The notes beneath the pieces were generated by a model. The model ran no database searches and had not been told where the DNA came from. It was given only the letters and a program-made list of their open reading frames with translations. The position numbers were made by a program, and so were the translations under genes. Positions 38,436-47,955 of a stretch of 52,280 nt of DNA are shown here, one piece after another (position 1 is the first letter of the stretch; each line of letters opens with the position of its first letter). Source of the DNA: a virus (lineage: Duplodnaviria; Caudoviricetes); the IMG/VR virus record IMGVR_UViG_3300042940_003066, positions 1-52,280 of that record, one strand, 5' to 3'.

Positions 38436-38776
38436 AATATAGTTGCCAATGCTGGGTGTTTCTGATATATTGTTCATGGAGGAAGAATATGGAGTTGATT
38501 TACACAGTAGCCAAAGAGAATACAAATAGTATGCAAAGCCAGATTATGTCTTGGAAAAGTATGCAATGTGAATATCTCAAGTTGGGTTTGATTGAAGATG
38601 CTGAGCGCGTTGGAGATTTTGTAAAACGCCTTGAAGATGTATTTCAAGAAAGCATCATTCTTCGCAACAATGCAAAGCTTCATGCCCCCAAGAAGAAAAA
38701 TATGTGGAACTTTGGTTTGAAACAAGCAGCAATAAAGTTTTAATAATGAACCCCAGGAGCAATCTTGGGATTTTTT

Positions 38777-38835
38777 TTTGCTAAAAATATTTGTCAGAGG
38801 TATGATTTATACCTCTGCGTTAGGGAATTAGCAAG
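38777..38835. repeat. Element 10
   Basis: TTTGCT-N12-CAGAGGTAT..ATACCTCTG-N12-AGCAAG. Confidence 0.85.
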
Positions 38836-39076
38836 TATTTAATTAATTTGCACTATATCTGATATTTGATATAATGAGACATGATTCCACCAGCAAGCCA
38901 TTATTTCGTAGACAAGACAACTAAGTTTGTCTATTTTGATTTCAAGCATTGGTATTTCTTCACCAAAGTGTATGATGTTCATATCAATGGTATTCATACA
39001 TTACGAACATCTAGCAAAGCACTTTGGGATTCGTCATTTGACCCTAGCACTATCATCAGACAATTGGGAGGATAAC

Positions 39077-39379
39077 ATGGATTTCGGATTTAAAACAAAA
39101 TTTGGTTGGCTCGATGCAAAATTTCTAAAGTACCCAAATGGTCGCCTTGCTATTCAATTAATACAAGGTGGGTTTCCTTGGGCTAGATTGACAACAAATC
39201 TTCCTGACGTAGAATTGGAACCAAGAGAGTTTCATTTTAATAGAAGTGATTGTTGGGAAATTTACAAAGACCTTATCGACTGTGGGCATTTTGAAGATAC
39301 AGGTAAAAAAAACGAATCAGGTTTCAATACCTATCCTGTCATGCGTGTCAAAAACCATATTCCGTTGGAAGTGATATAA
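39077..39379 (+). CDS. DUF4313-like protein
   Basis: GGAGG RBS; KYPNGRLAIQL...PWARLTTNL...TGK...SGFNTYP. Confidence 0.65.
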   Translation: MDFGFKTKFGWLDAKFLKYPNGRLAIQLIQGGFPWARLTTNLPDVELEPREFHFNRSDCWEIYKDLIDCGHFEDTGKKNESGFNTYPVMRVKNHIPLEVI

Positions 39380-39388
39380 TAACGGTAT

Positions 39389-39775
39389 ATGATAGACCTT
39401 AATAATGCCTATGAAATGGAGATAGCTTCTCATTTTGTACACTTGGCTATTTGCAACTTAGCGTGGAACAGTAGTTTCATCACTAGAGTGGAAGTCCCTT
39501 ATTCAGAAAATGAAATAAGGGATATCCTTCAACATATGAAAATCAGATTTATCCGCCACGAATACAATCAACCTCTTGATGTAGTGGAAATATATTTGAT
39601 TCCCCATGGGATTCCAACAACCTATCTCTCAACAATACATGGATGGATTAACACTGGAACATTCAATGATAATTTTCAATGGGTTGCAAAACCAAAATAT
39701 GATTTTCAATCTGTGTATGAAATCAACGTGAAAAAAACAAGAACCAAATATTGTTTTGATATGTTTTCAAACTAG
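39389..39775 (+). CDS. Hypothetical protein
   Basis: TATAAT just before ATG. Confidence 0.6.
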   Translation: MIDLNNAYEMEIASHFVHLAICNLAWNSSFITRVEVPYSENEIRDILQHMKIRFIRHEYNQPLDVVEIYLIPHGIPTTYLSTIHGWINTGTFNDNFQWVAKPKYDFQSVYEINVKKTRTKYCFDMFSN

Positions 39776-39811
39776 TATTGCACTTTTGGTTTCTTGCTAG
39801 TATAATATATG

Positions 39812-39866
39812 TGTTACTTGGTTGGTGTTGTTCATTAGAAGACCTGGCATTTTGTCAGGTTTTTCT
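39812..39866 (+). ncRNA. Candidate ~55-nt sRNA
   Basis: TTGCAC-N17-TATAAT promoter followed by GU-rich stretch and terminator, no ORF. Confidence 0.45.
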
Positions 39867-39873
39867 ATTTTAA

Positions 39874-39936
39874 TTTGCTGTAAGTGTATCTTGGCGGTAT
39901 TTTAGCAATTTTCCGCCAATTTTTATTTTTGTCAAA
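39874..39936. repeat. Element 11
   Basis: TTTGCT-N12-TGGCGG..CCGCCA-N12-GTCAAA. Confidence 0.85.
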
Positions 39937-40003
39937 TAAATAAATAAATTTGCAATCTGGCTCTATTACCCTTATAATATTTGTGTTCGGTAAGGAGAAT
40001 GAT

Positions 40004-40315
40004 ATGGAAATTTCAATCGAAGGTGTTGTCGAAGTTAATTATCATTTGGTGATTGACGAAGACGTGTTCAATGAGTGCTGTGAAGAGGCTGGTCTTGACC
40101 CAGCAAACTTTAAGAAGTTCACCAAAGCCGAATGGGATGAATTGAATCCTCATTTGATTCAGGCTGTAGTTGATAATGAAGCAGATATCGACTATACTGA
40201 AATTCACGAAGAGAGTACAGTTTATGCTGATACTCTAACTATTGATGACAGTGATAAGATGACCACTGTTTACTATAATCAGAATCGCAAAGTTGATTCG
40301 GTGGACATCCGATAA
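40004..40315 (+). CDS. Acidic hypothetical early protein
   Basis: AAGGAG RBS; D/E-rich. Confidence 0.7.
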   Translation: MEISIEGVVEVNYHLVIDEDVFNECCEEAGLDPANFKKFTKAEWDELNPHLIQAVVDNEADIDYTEIHEESTVYADTLTIDDSDKMTTVYYNQNRKVDSVDIR

Positions 40316-40595
40316 AGAAAGGCTGGGGGGGACTTAGCTCCCCCCAAGTACAACAAGATGCTTTTAGATGATTATCCTATTGTAATTTGGACTATTGTCA
40401 AGAAGAATAACAATTACATTCTCCTTGACTCTTGTGGCATTGAAGTGTTTCGTAGAAAAGAAAATCGTAAAAAGGAAATCTACCAGTATTGTGAAGACAA
40501 TGGTATTGATGTCCAAGAAGAGTTTTAATATATTACATTTTTATCTTGCATTTCAGGTAAAATTGCCGTATTATTAATCCAAGGAGTTAAAGACA

Positions 40596-40850
40596 ATGGG
40601 ATATAAAAATCGTTACGATGGCACTTGTGTGTATTGCAGAGGCACTGTTCCTGCTGGGGACGGTGATATGTGGAAGTGGAAAGGCAAGTACTATGTTTGC
40701 CACCCAGAATGCGGACAAGAAGCCAAGGCTCGCCGTAATAGTGGTGAATCCAAAGAGATTAGCACCTTCATCATCGGTGGCAAGGAATACACCCGCAATG
40801 CAAAGGGTCGGTGCGAAGATGCACCTTGCTGTGGATGCTGTACCATATAA
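40596..40850 (+). CDS. Small Cys-rich zinc-binding protein
   Basis: CVYC, CHPEC, CEDAPCCGCC. Confidence 0.75.
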   Translation: MGYKNRYDGTCVYCRGTVPAGDGDMWKWKGKYYVCHPECGQEAKARRNSGESKEISTFIIGGKEYTRNAKGRCEDAPCCGCCTI

Positions 40851-40906
40851 ACATCAAAATGTCAACCTCAAGCCCCAAAATAGGGGCTATTTTTTTGCCA
40901 AAAATA

Positions 40907-40965
40907 TTTGACAATTCTTTACCTCAGGGATATTACTAATATCCCTGATATTCTTTTTGAGCAAA
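40907..40965. repeat. Element 12
   Basis: TTTGAC-N12-CAGGGATATTA-C-TAATATCCCTG-N12-AGCAAA. Confidence 0.88.
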
Positions 40966-41163
40966 TAAGTTTTTAAAACTGGACCTGAATATTGGATATA
41001 ATATAGTAATCATTCTGTAAAGCAACAATGGGAAGAGAAATAAATCTCTTCCCATTGTGCAGGAGAAAGAAACCCAACTAAGGATGATGTTAGAAGTTAT
41101 GAGAACTAACAGAGATAGTATATGACATTCTATGCAACTTTGCAAGTTTTGTTACAAAAAAAG

Positions 41164-41433
41164 TTAGATATTTTCATAGGTATAATTTCCTTCAAACTCT
41201 GTCATGAATTTTTGCCAGATATTATCTCCGACACTGCGTGGTATATTCATAGTGAATAAAGTACCAAACGCTTCGCATCTAGCGTAATATTTTTTACCAT
41301 CTGTCCAGAGAATACATTGTGAGCCTTCGGGAAAATCTAATCGAATACCCAGTCTATTCATCAAGTGTGGACGGATTATCTTATTCTCTCGAAACTTACT
41401 ATTTTTTTCTATTGCAGTTATTATTTCTTTCAT
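41164..41433 (-). CDS. Hypothetical protein
   Basis: 89-aa ORF. Confidence 0.55.
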   Translation of the reverse strand: MKEIITAIEKNSKFRENKIIRPHLMNRLGIRLDFPEGSQCILWTDGKKYYARCEAFGTLFTMNIPRSVGDNIWQKFMTEFEGNYTYENI

Positions 41434-41467
41434 ATACGTATAATACCGTTAGGAGGCTCGAAAAACA

Positions 41468-41836
41468 ATGGTAGTATTTCTAGGTGTTTCTCTAACACTT
41501 TCCTTATTTGGAAGTGGTTTTTTATTTTTTGCACTTGAGAACTCAAAATCTCAACTTTCGTTGCTGCGTAAACTCAATACTGATTTAAATCAAGAAGTTA
41601 CAGAATACAAGGCTAAAAACTCGCAGCTGTGGGTTGAGTTGAATAAAGAGAAAGATTTGATTGAACCAGGCACAAAAATATCATGGAAAGACAAACAAGG
41701 CGAAACAAATTTAGGTGTTGTTCTTGATGATTATTTATTAAAAGATAAACCCTATGTAGTTGTTATCCGAATGAAGGATGACAAAACACAGGGTGCTCCG
41801 ATTTCTATTCCTTTCGAAAAAATAACTATTGTTTAG
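41468..41836 (+). CDS. Membrane-anchored coiled-coil protein
   Basis: AGGAGG RBS; N-terminal TM helix. Confidence 0.7.
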   Translation: MVVFLGVSLTLSLFGSGFLFFALENSKSQLSLLRKLNTDLNQEVTEYKAKNSQLWVELNKEKDLIEPGTKISWKDKQGETNLGVVLDDYLLKDKPYVVVIRMKDDKTQGAPISIPFEKITIV

Positions 41837-42338
41837 TTAGTACTTCGATTTTTGATTTAGTATAAGGGTCATTGGGAAATCTAGCAAGAGTCATTTTGCA
41901 ATACCCAATGGCTTTTACTTTATCGCCAGATTTTTCACAAACACTAATAAGAGAATGATGAGTGCTCTTTGGAGCATCTTTCCATCTAATCGCAGATTCA
42001 TAATATCTAACAGCCAATCTCAAATCTACATACATAATACGATAGAATTGACCAAGGTATTCATAAGCACGATAACCATTTGGGTTAAGTGAAAGATATC
42101 GCTTAGCAAATTTCTCTGCTTGAAATAACCACACTGTATCTTTCTTATTGACAGCCATAGACCACATGAGCCAAATCATATTTTCCCAAGAATCAGCATC
42201 GTGGTAATCATACATCAATACTTCTTTATAAAGTGAGATTATACGTGGATAATCGCCCTCTTTAGTATCAGAAACACCATGCCAAAGTGTTTCAATTGTC
42301 TTCTTTAATAGTTTAAGTTTCTGCTCACGAGTTTGCAT
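41826..42338 (-). CDS. TPR-like helical repeat protein
   Basis: AYEYLGQFY...AVRYYESAI...AIGYCKMTLARFPND. Confidence 0.7.
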   Translation of the reverse strand: MQTREQKLKLLKKTIETLWHGVSDTKEGDYPRIISLYKEVLMYDYHDADSWENMIWLMWSMAVNKKDTVWLFQAEKFAKRYLSLNPNGYRAYEYLGQFYRIMYVDLRLAVRYYESAIRWKDAPKSTHHSLISVCEKSGDKVKAIGYCKMTLARFPNDPYTKSKIEVLTKQ

Positions 42339-42669
42339 TTTTTTCCAATTCTAATTCTTCGGTATCATCAACATACATCTCAAGTATTTTTTTACTAATA
42401 ACAATGGGAAGATTATCAATATGCTTCACCATACCTACAAGAATCAATTCTTTGCGATATGATTCAAAAACTGTTTTGAAATCTCTCTTAATGTTATCCC
42501 ACTCATATACAAAAAAGAGCATAGAATTACTCAAATCACTATATGAATAATTGATAACATAGGCATCATCTTTATTAATGAAACCTTTCATTCCTGGGAT
42601 TACATCATCCCCAGTCATCTCATAACCTATACCTGTTTTTGAGAAGTATACATAAGTCTTTGATTCCAT
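42325..42669 (-). CDS. Hypothetical protein
   Basis: Overlaps start of TPR gene. Confidence 0.6.
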   Translation of the reverse strand: MESKTYVYFSKTGIGYEMTGDDVIPGMKGFINKDDAYVINYSYSDLSNSMLFFVYEWDNIKRDFKTVFESYRKELILVGMVKHIDNLPIVISKKILEMYVDDTEELELEKNANS

Positions 42670-42700
42670 GAATATATTCTACCATACCTTACACTAAATA

Positions 42701-42759
42701 TTTGCTAATTTCATTTATCAGGGGTATTGACAATACCCCTGAATCTCCCTTTTGTCAAA
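42701..42759. repeat. Element 13
   Basis: TTTGCT-N12-CAGGGGTATTG-A-CAATACCCCTG-N12-GTCAAA. Confidence 0.88.
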
Positions 42760-42777
42760 AGAAAATTCAGGATATTT

Positions 42778-43356
42778 TTAATTGAGCGAATTGTAAACTT
42801 CCAGATATGCAACCTGCCAAAAGTTCACGTTGTTATCAATTTCACTGGCAATCATTTTGCGGGAAATAAATACATATTTGTCCTTGAAAAGTTGCAGTGG
42901 ATTTGATTCTATGTTACTTGTTGTAAAGATGTAAATGATTTTATCTTTCTTTACATCAATCTCGTGTTGTTCTGCACCTGACATATAAGTTTTTGCAATA
43001 TCGGCAAAGAGAATCTGCTCTGCTGGGTTTTGCTTATACTTAACCTGAACAGCGCATTTATCACCGTTGGCATTATAACCAGTACCATCAACACCATAGT
43101 CATTGTCTTTGGTATTTGGAACATAATCTCTTAAACCAAAACGCGGAGATGTTGGATTGAGTTTGAAGAATATCTCACAGAGAACTTCTAGGCAATCACC
43201 CTTGAACTCGAATTTGTCATCTTCATCAAGTTTAAGCTTGGTGGCTAAGGATTCTACTTCATTAATAAAATCACGAATTGTTCCACCATCTTTGAACTTG
43301 GCAAACAATCCAAGATATTCCACAGGGTATCCATGAACGTGTGCAATCTTAAGCAT
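42778..43356 (-). CDS. PD-(D/E)xK (Mrr-like) restriction endonuclease
   Basis: KGDCLE...DYGVDG...AVQVKY. Confidence 0.75.
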   Translation of the reverse strand: MLKIAHVHGYPVEYLGLFAKFKDGGTIRDFINEVESLATKLKLDEDDKFEFKGDCLEVLCEIFFKLNPTSPRFGLRDYVPNTKDNDYGVDGTGYNANGDKCAVQVKYKQNPAEQILFADIAKTYMSGAEQHEIDVKKDKIIYIFTTSNIESNPLQLFKDKYVFISRKMIASEIDNNVNFWQVAYLEVYNSLN

Positions 43357-45040
43357 TACCGATTCCCTCCAAATAGTCTAAAATTTCTTCATCTGATGAA
43401 TCATTAAGAGCAATCGTAATTTGTTCTTTCATTATATCTCGCAAGATATGTTCAAGCTTGGATACATCATCACGATTATTGGTGGAGTCTGCATCTGTAA
43501 TCTTCGGTAGCACTTCATCTGGGGAAGAGTAAAATTCATCAATCAGTGGAATATCAAATGGCATCAATTCGTAAGTGTTTAGCATTTCTCCGATAAATCT
43601 TTCCATTCTATTAGTTTCTGCCACAATCAAGAATTCAGGGAATATAACGTAATAATGAGGTTTTACGAATTCATCAAACTGGTCAGGCTTTATTATATTA
43701 TCATACAATCGCTGTCGGTCAAAGGGATGGAGTCTACCGGCACGACCAATGAACTGGGCAAGCTTGATGTTCGACATATTACGCAAGGGCATACAACCTG
43801 TGATGGATGGAATGTCAATGCCTTCAGATAAAATATCAATGTGTATCAAGATAGCATTTTGTTCATCTGGTAAGCTTTGCATTCGGTCAAATGCTTCCAT
43901 GCGCCCAACAGATTCAAAATTGTGAGTGTATCCATTTGCAGATGAGAAGGAAAATATCTCAATGGAATTGTTTTTAGCCCATATTTTGAATGCTTGGTTT
44001 GTAATTATATCTGTCAAATCATCATTTCCAGATACAGCCACAACAACTTTGGCTCCAATCTTATCTGGGAATTTTGAATTTTCCTTAATCAGTTTATGGT
44101 GATGAACAAAACCTTCACCTATTGACTGAATTACCATGCTAGTGTTTTGGAAATCTCCTCTTGCTTCATTGGGCAATCTGATAGCATGAATAGCGGGTCT
44201 TACAATTTCCCCACGGTCAATCATTGTTCTTGGAGATTCAGAATGTAGTATCTCGCCATAGAATTCAGTATTGTTCATACCTTCATTATGTCCACTCACT
44301 TTTCTAGTAGCAGTGAAGAAATACTCTCGGTCAATTAGATGTTTTACTTTGTTGACATTATCTTTAAATTCTTCTCCGATAATGTGTGCTTCATCGTAGG
44401 TGATGATATCAATTTTTGGCAGTTTGGACATTCTATCGAAAGAATGATATGTGCATACAATCAAAAGATGTCTTTTGTTCTTTACTGCATTATTGTATGC
44501 TTCTTTGACTTCTTCAGAATTGGTTGTCTGAGAGCCAGAAATTCTGTGACGATTCAATGCAAAGAAATTGTCCGGTGCATCTTGTTTATCCTTAAGCTTA
44601 AGAATAACATCATCAACATTGAATCTTTCAGAGTTTACTTTGAGAACATCATAGTCCACACCAATCTTTGATGCAACATACATGAACTGTGAAAGTAACT
44701 GTGAGCAAAGAATCAGTCTATGGGCAGAAATCACATACACGCCAGTTTTGCCAATTTTTGTTTTCTCAATCATATCATTGAGATGTACAGCCATTTGAAC
44801 ATATGTCTTGCCTGTTCCTGTTGGCAAAGAAATTTGACCTACCTTGACATCTACGAGAGAGTTGAGAGCGTCTATTTGGTGCTGACGAAATAACCCAAGA
44901 AACTTATCGTATTCTTGTGTATTCAATGTGTATTGTGCAGTCACACTACGTGGCGGAGGTAATGGTTCAGGTTTTCTGCGGAACAGGTTCATGATGTTCA
45001 TATCACCAGTATACTTTATGGGCAGATTTAGTGCAAGCAT
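43349..45040 (-). CDS. SF2 helicase (restriction-enzyme ResIII-like)
   Basis: LPTGTGKT, DEAH, FTAT, LSEGID, QFIGRAGR. Confidence 0.9.
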   Translation of the reverse strand: MLALNLPIKYTGDMNIMNLFRRKPEPLPPPRSVTAQYTLNTQEYDKFLGLFRQHQIDALNSLVDVKVGQISLPTGTGKTYVQMAVHLNDMIEKTKIGKTGVYVISAHRLILCSQLLSQFMYVASKIGVDYDVLKVNSERFNVDDVILKLKDKQDAPDNFFALNRHRISGSQTTNSEEVKEAYNNAVKNKRHLLIVCTYHSFDRMSKLPKIDIITYDEAHIIGEEFKDNVNKVKHLIDREYFFTATRKVSGHNEGMNNTEFYGEILHSESPRTMIDRGEIVRPAIHAIRLPNEARGDFQNTSMVIQSIGEGFVHHHKLIKENSKFPDKIGAKVVVAVSGNDDLTDIITNQAFKIWAKNNSIEIFSFSSANGYTHNFESVGRMEAFDRMQSLPDEQNAILIHIDILSEGIDIPSITGCMPLRNMSNIKLAQFIGRAGRLHPFDRQRLYDNIIKPDQFDEFVKPHYYVIFPEFLIVAETNRMERFIGEMLNTYELMPFDIPLIDEFYSSPDEVLPKITDADSTNNRDDVSKLEHILRDIMKEQITIALNDSSDEEILDYLEGIGNA

Positions 45041-45057
45041 TAATATCAGATAAAATA

Positions 45058-45115
45058 TTTGCTAAATCCATATTGCAGGGGTATGCTCATACCCCTGATT
45101 TCATCATTTGTCAAA
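45058..45115. repeat. Element 14
   Basis: TTTGCT-N12-CAGGGGTATG-CT-CATACCCCTG-N12-GTCAAA. Confidence 0.88.
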
Positions 45116-45126
45116 AAAAATCCCGA

Positions 45127-46011
45127 CTAGTGAAAGTCGGGGATGAAATCTAGAATGAATTGTCTAGTGTTCTGGTCAAGATTGAAATGATTGAACAAAT
45201 CATCATCTGTCCAAGCTCTGTTCCAATCCATGTTAGGAACCATGTTGAAGAATCCATCAGAAAGATTTTTATTGAACTTTCGTAACGCGAGACAAAATCT
45301 TGCAAAATCTGTTTTCAGGAATGATACAAAGTTATCACGTTCTTGCGATGTTGCAAATTCCCAGTTATTTTTACGTGTTGGTTTGAAAGTGCCATCTGCT
45401 AACACTTCGGGAAGAAATGTTCCATTCTTAGGCATGAATGCAAAGAAATCATTCATGAAAAACTTTGTGAATTTCTTTGCTGTATTTGTATGACCAATGA
45501 TTGATGGCAATTGACAATGAAATGCACTTGGGTTTAGATTTTTCGGGTTGGAAATCTTTGTGCTTAAAATAGAACCGTTTATGGCAATGTGAGCAGATAT
45601 TATTTTCTCAAAAGGCTTTACGATTGTTTCGTAACTTTCACCAAAATAAGAGATATCTAATAATGATTTTACTTTGTAGGGAACAGATTTATAACCGAAA
45701 AAATTATCTTGAGTGAATGATACATCGCAATCTGTTACAAGCTTCTTGTTATAATGAATGATAACACAAGGAGATGGGTTTTCAATTGCAAATGTATCCC
45801 AGCCATCCAAGAATTCAATAGACTTGACTGTGCCAGATGTTCTATTTATAAATTCTTTCAATGTGTCGTTAGTATCAAAAGTGTTCTTCATCAAATACGG
45901 GCATGGGTGAATCACAATAAATTCATTTGATATATCGTGCAAAGATTCCAAGATGTTCAAATCAATGTAATTGTTGTAAGGTGGGTTTGTTATTACCAAA
46001 TCAAATTTCAT
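45127..46011 (-). CDS. Adenine methyltransferase catalytic/target-recognition half (Eco57I-like)
   Basis: Starts directly at MKFDLVITNPPY; no SAM-binding motif I. Confidence 0.8.
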   Translation of the reverse strand: MKFDLVITNPPYNNYIDLNILESLHDISNEFIVIHPCPYLMKNTFDTNDTLKEFINRTSGTVKSIEFLDGWDTFAIENPSPCVIIHYNKKLVTDCDVSFTQDNFFGYKSVPYKVKSLLDISYFGESYETIVKPFEKIISAHIAINGSILSTKISNPKNLNPSAFHCQLPSIIGHTNTAKKFTKFFMNDFFAFMPKNGTFLPEVLADGTFKPTRKNNWEFATSQERDNFVSFLKTDFARFCLALRKFNKNLSDGFFNMVPNMDWNRAWTDDDLFNHFNLDQNTRQFILDFIPDFH

Positions 46012-46373
46012 TAGAATTCTTCCATCGCCTTTCGGATACCTTTAATGCCATCTGTTTCACTGACATACTTTGAAATAACACCATATACTTTATCAGCGAA
46101 CAAAGCTTCTTGTGGGTTGTCTGCTATGAAACGAATATTTTGTGGCGGTACACCATCTTCAACTATTAATTGTTCAACCAATTCCATGTTGAAAATAACA
46201 CAAATCATCTTATTTGCTAAATCTGTTTTAGCAGTCATCTTCCGTGTAATGTCTTCAGGTGTACGATGCTTTTGCCAAATGTTTTGCAACTTTGTCAATC
46301 GGTCAAAAAATATTTGGCGAAAGTCTTTGTCTTGCAGTAAATTTTCATCAAACTTCTGTTTCAGAATTGACAT
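46011..46373 (-). CDS. Degenerate methyltransferase N-terminal-like subunit
   Basis: HRTPEDITRKM resembles motif X; TAATG coupling to the NPPY gene. Confidence 0.5.
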   Translation of the reverse strand: MSILKQKFDENLLQDKDFRQIFFDRLTKLQNIWQKHRTPEDITRKMTAKTDLANKMICVIFNMELVEQLIVEDGVPPQNIRFIADNPQEALFADKVYGVISKYVSETDGIKGIRKAMEEF

Positions 46374-47046
46374 CTGTTATAAACTCCTGCGTGAACAAAT
46401 CAACAAACTTAATCTCTCTTTTGATATTATATCTGCTAGGAGAACCAACCCATTCAATTGCCTTGTCAGTACATTCTATCCAATTTTTTGATTTAGTGCA
46501 ATAATACCAAATACCCTTAGCACCTTCTGGAAGATTTTTCAACATACGTGAATCACCTATGAAAAGATTAATTCTTGTTCCAAATATAAATAATAATTTG
46601 TACGCAGATGATAACTGTAATTCGCTAAAAGAATGCGTAGCAGGTTTCTTGCGAATCTCATCAGGGTATGATTTTAAAAACTTATATACATCAAAGTCAT
46701 CACCTAGTACAGAAAACTTCTTCCGAAGCATTCTAACTGTAAATTGCCCATAGCCTGCACACAAATCTAATGTGGTTATGTTGGGATTTTTCCAGTCATA
46801 ATCAGATACACGGGTTATCATTTCATCCACTAGCCATAGGGGAGTGAAAACTTCACCAAACTTACTAGATTTATCCTTGTCTGTGATAACCTGTAAATGA
46901 TTTTCTTTTTTTAAGGGGAAAAATGTAATGTCACCTTCAAGCTGTGCCACTTGCAGAAACCTTGATTCTATAAAAGGAATCACCACACTGGCAAGCTGTT
47001 TATTCATTACTGAGGGCATTGTAACACACTTTCGACTAAATAGCAA
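46348..47046 (-). CDS. Methyltransferase SAM-binding half
   Basis: KFGEVFTPLWLVDEM (motif X), TLDLCAGYGQF (motif I); no NPPY. Confidence 0.8.
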   Translation of the reverse strand: MLFSRKCVTMPSVMNKQLASVVIPFIESRFLQVAQLEGDITFFPLKKENHLQVITDKDKSSKFGEVFTPLWLVDEMITRVSDYDWKNPNITTLDLCAGYGQFTVRMLRKKFSVLGDDFDVYKFLKSYPDEIRKKPATHSFSELQLSSAYKLLFIFGTRINLFIGDSRMLKNLPEGAKGIWYYCTKSKNWIECTDKAIEWVGSPSRYNIKREIKFVDLFTQEFITDVNSETEV

Positions 47047-47049
47047 ATA

Positions 47050-47109
47050 TTTGATATAAACATTTATCAGAGATATTACTTTATATCTCTGAGTTACATT
47101 TTGAGCAAA
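47050..47109. repeat. Element 15
   Basis: TTTGAT-N12-CAGAGATAT..ATATCTCTG-N12-AGCAAA. Confidence 0.85.
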
Positions 47110-47139
47110 TTATTTTTTTCATAAAGATCTCTCATGTGA

Positions 47140-47212
47140 AATTAAAAAGATAGACAAGCGGAGGTCTTGTCTATCTTTTCGGCTATAAGTCATGAAGGGG
47201 AATCGACTTATC
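47140..47212 (-). ncRNA. Candidate two-hairpin sRNA
   Basis: TATAAT at 47218-47223; hairpin with UUCCCCUU loop; 14-bp terminator stem. Confidence 0.4.
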
Positions 47213-47245
47213 TTAACATTATACATCACTTACACGCGATGGGAA

Positions 47246-47524
47246 CTATAACGTAAGAAGTTTCTTCTCTGATTGATAAATAGAAATACCACCAAATGGG
47301 ATTTCTCCGCCTGGAAACAAAATATTTGCATCATTGTCTTGCAGCCTGGAGATATAATGAATACTGTCCAAGAGCAACTGAAATTCAGCCTCTGTGAATT
47401 CTAATTCTCGTAATACAGCTGACCTAGATTTACCTTGATTCATTTGGTCGATAAAATATACAATCCTACTAAATGTCTTGCGCAAATCAATAGACTGAGG
47501 GTTCTGTAATGTAGAGTCCATCAA
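47246..47524 (-). CDS. Hypothetical protein
   Basis: ORF in minus-strand run. Confidence 0.5.
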   Translation of the reverse strand: MMDSTLQNPQSIDLRKTFSRIVYFIDQMNQGKSRSAVLRELEFTEAEFQLLLDSIHYISRLQDNDANILFPGGEIPFGGISIYQSEKKLLTL

Positions 47525-47726
47525 GTATCATCATTCTTTCTATAGTAGAATAAACAAACTGCCATTGCTTCTCTTTGTCATCAGTGCAATCTTTTGCATT
47601 GGCTATAATTTCATTGAAAATATCTGCATACTCATCATAAAGCTTCTCAATAACATCACGCGGCAGCAAAGTTTTATGCGCTAATAAAATATTCTCAATA
47701 TCACCAATCGTAACTTCAATATCCAT
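47487..47726 (-). CDS. Hypothetical protein
   Basis: ORF in minus-strand run. Confidence 0.6.
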   Translation of the reverse strand: MDIEVTIGDIENILLAHKTLLPRDVIEKLYDEYADIFNEIIANAKDCTDDKEKQWQFVYSTIERMMILDGLYITEPSVY

Positions 47727-47891
47727 TACTTTGCCTTCAACTCACTGTGTCCAAGTTCTTCCATTTTATCATTATAATCATTGCGACCAACGATGCCCAA
47801 AATAGCAAGGAAAACTACTGCCAGAACGAGTTTTGTGATTGTTCTTGTGTTCATACCCTAATTATATCTTATTATTGGTAAAATGCAAATA

Positions 47892-47950
47892 TTTGACAAA
47901 AATAAAAATCAGAGGTTGTAAAAAAACCTCTGGAGAATATTTTCTCCAAA
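47892..47950. repeat. Element 16 (right box degenerate)
   Basis: TTTGAC-N12-CAGAGGTT..AACCTCTG-N12-TCCAAA. Confidence 0.78.
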
Positions 47951-47955
47951 AGTTT

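Noticed and set aside
10031-46753. Numerous short antisense or nested ORFs in the track (e.g. 10031, 12130, 14308, 16627, 21926, 26121, 31169, 44339, 46045)
   Set aside because: They lie within longer motif-bearing genes and lack start signals.
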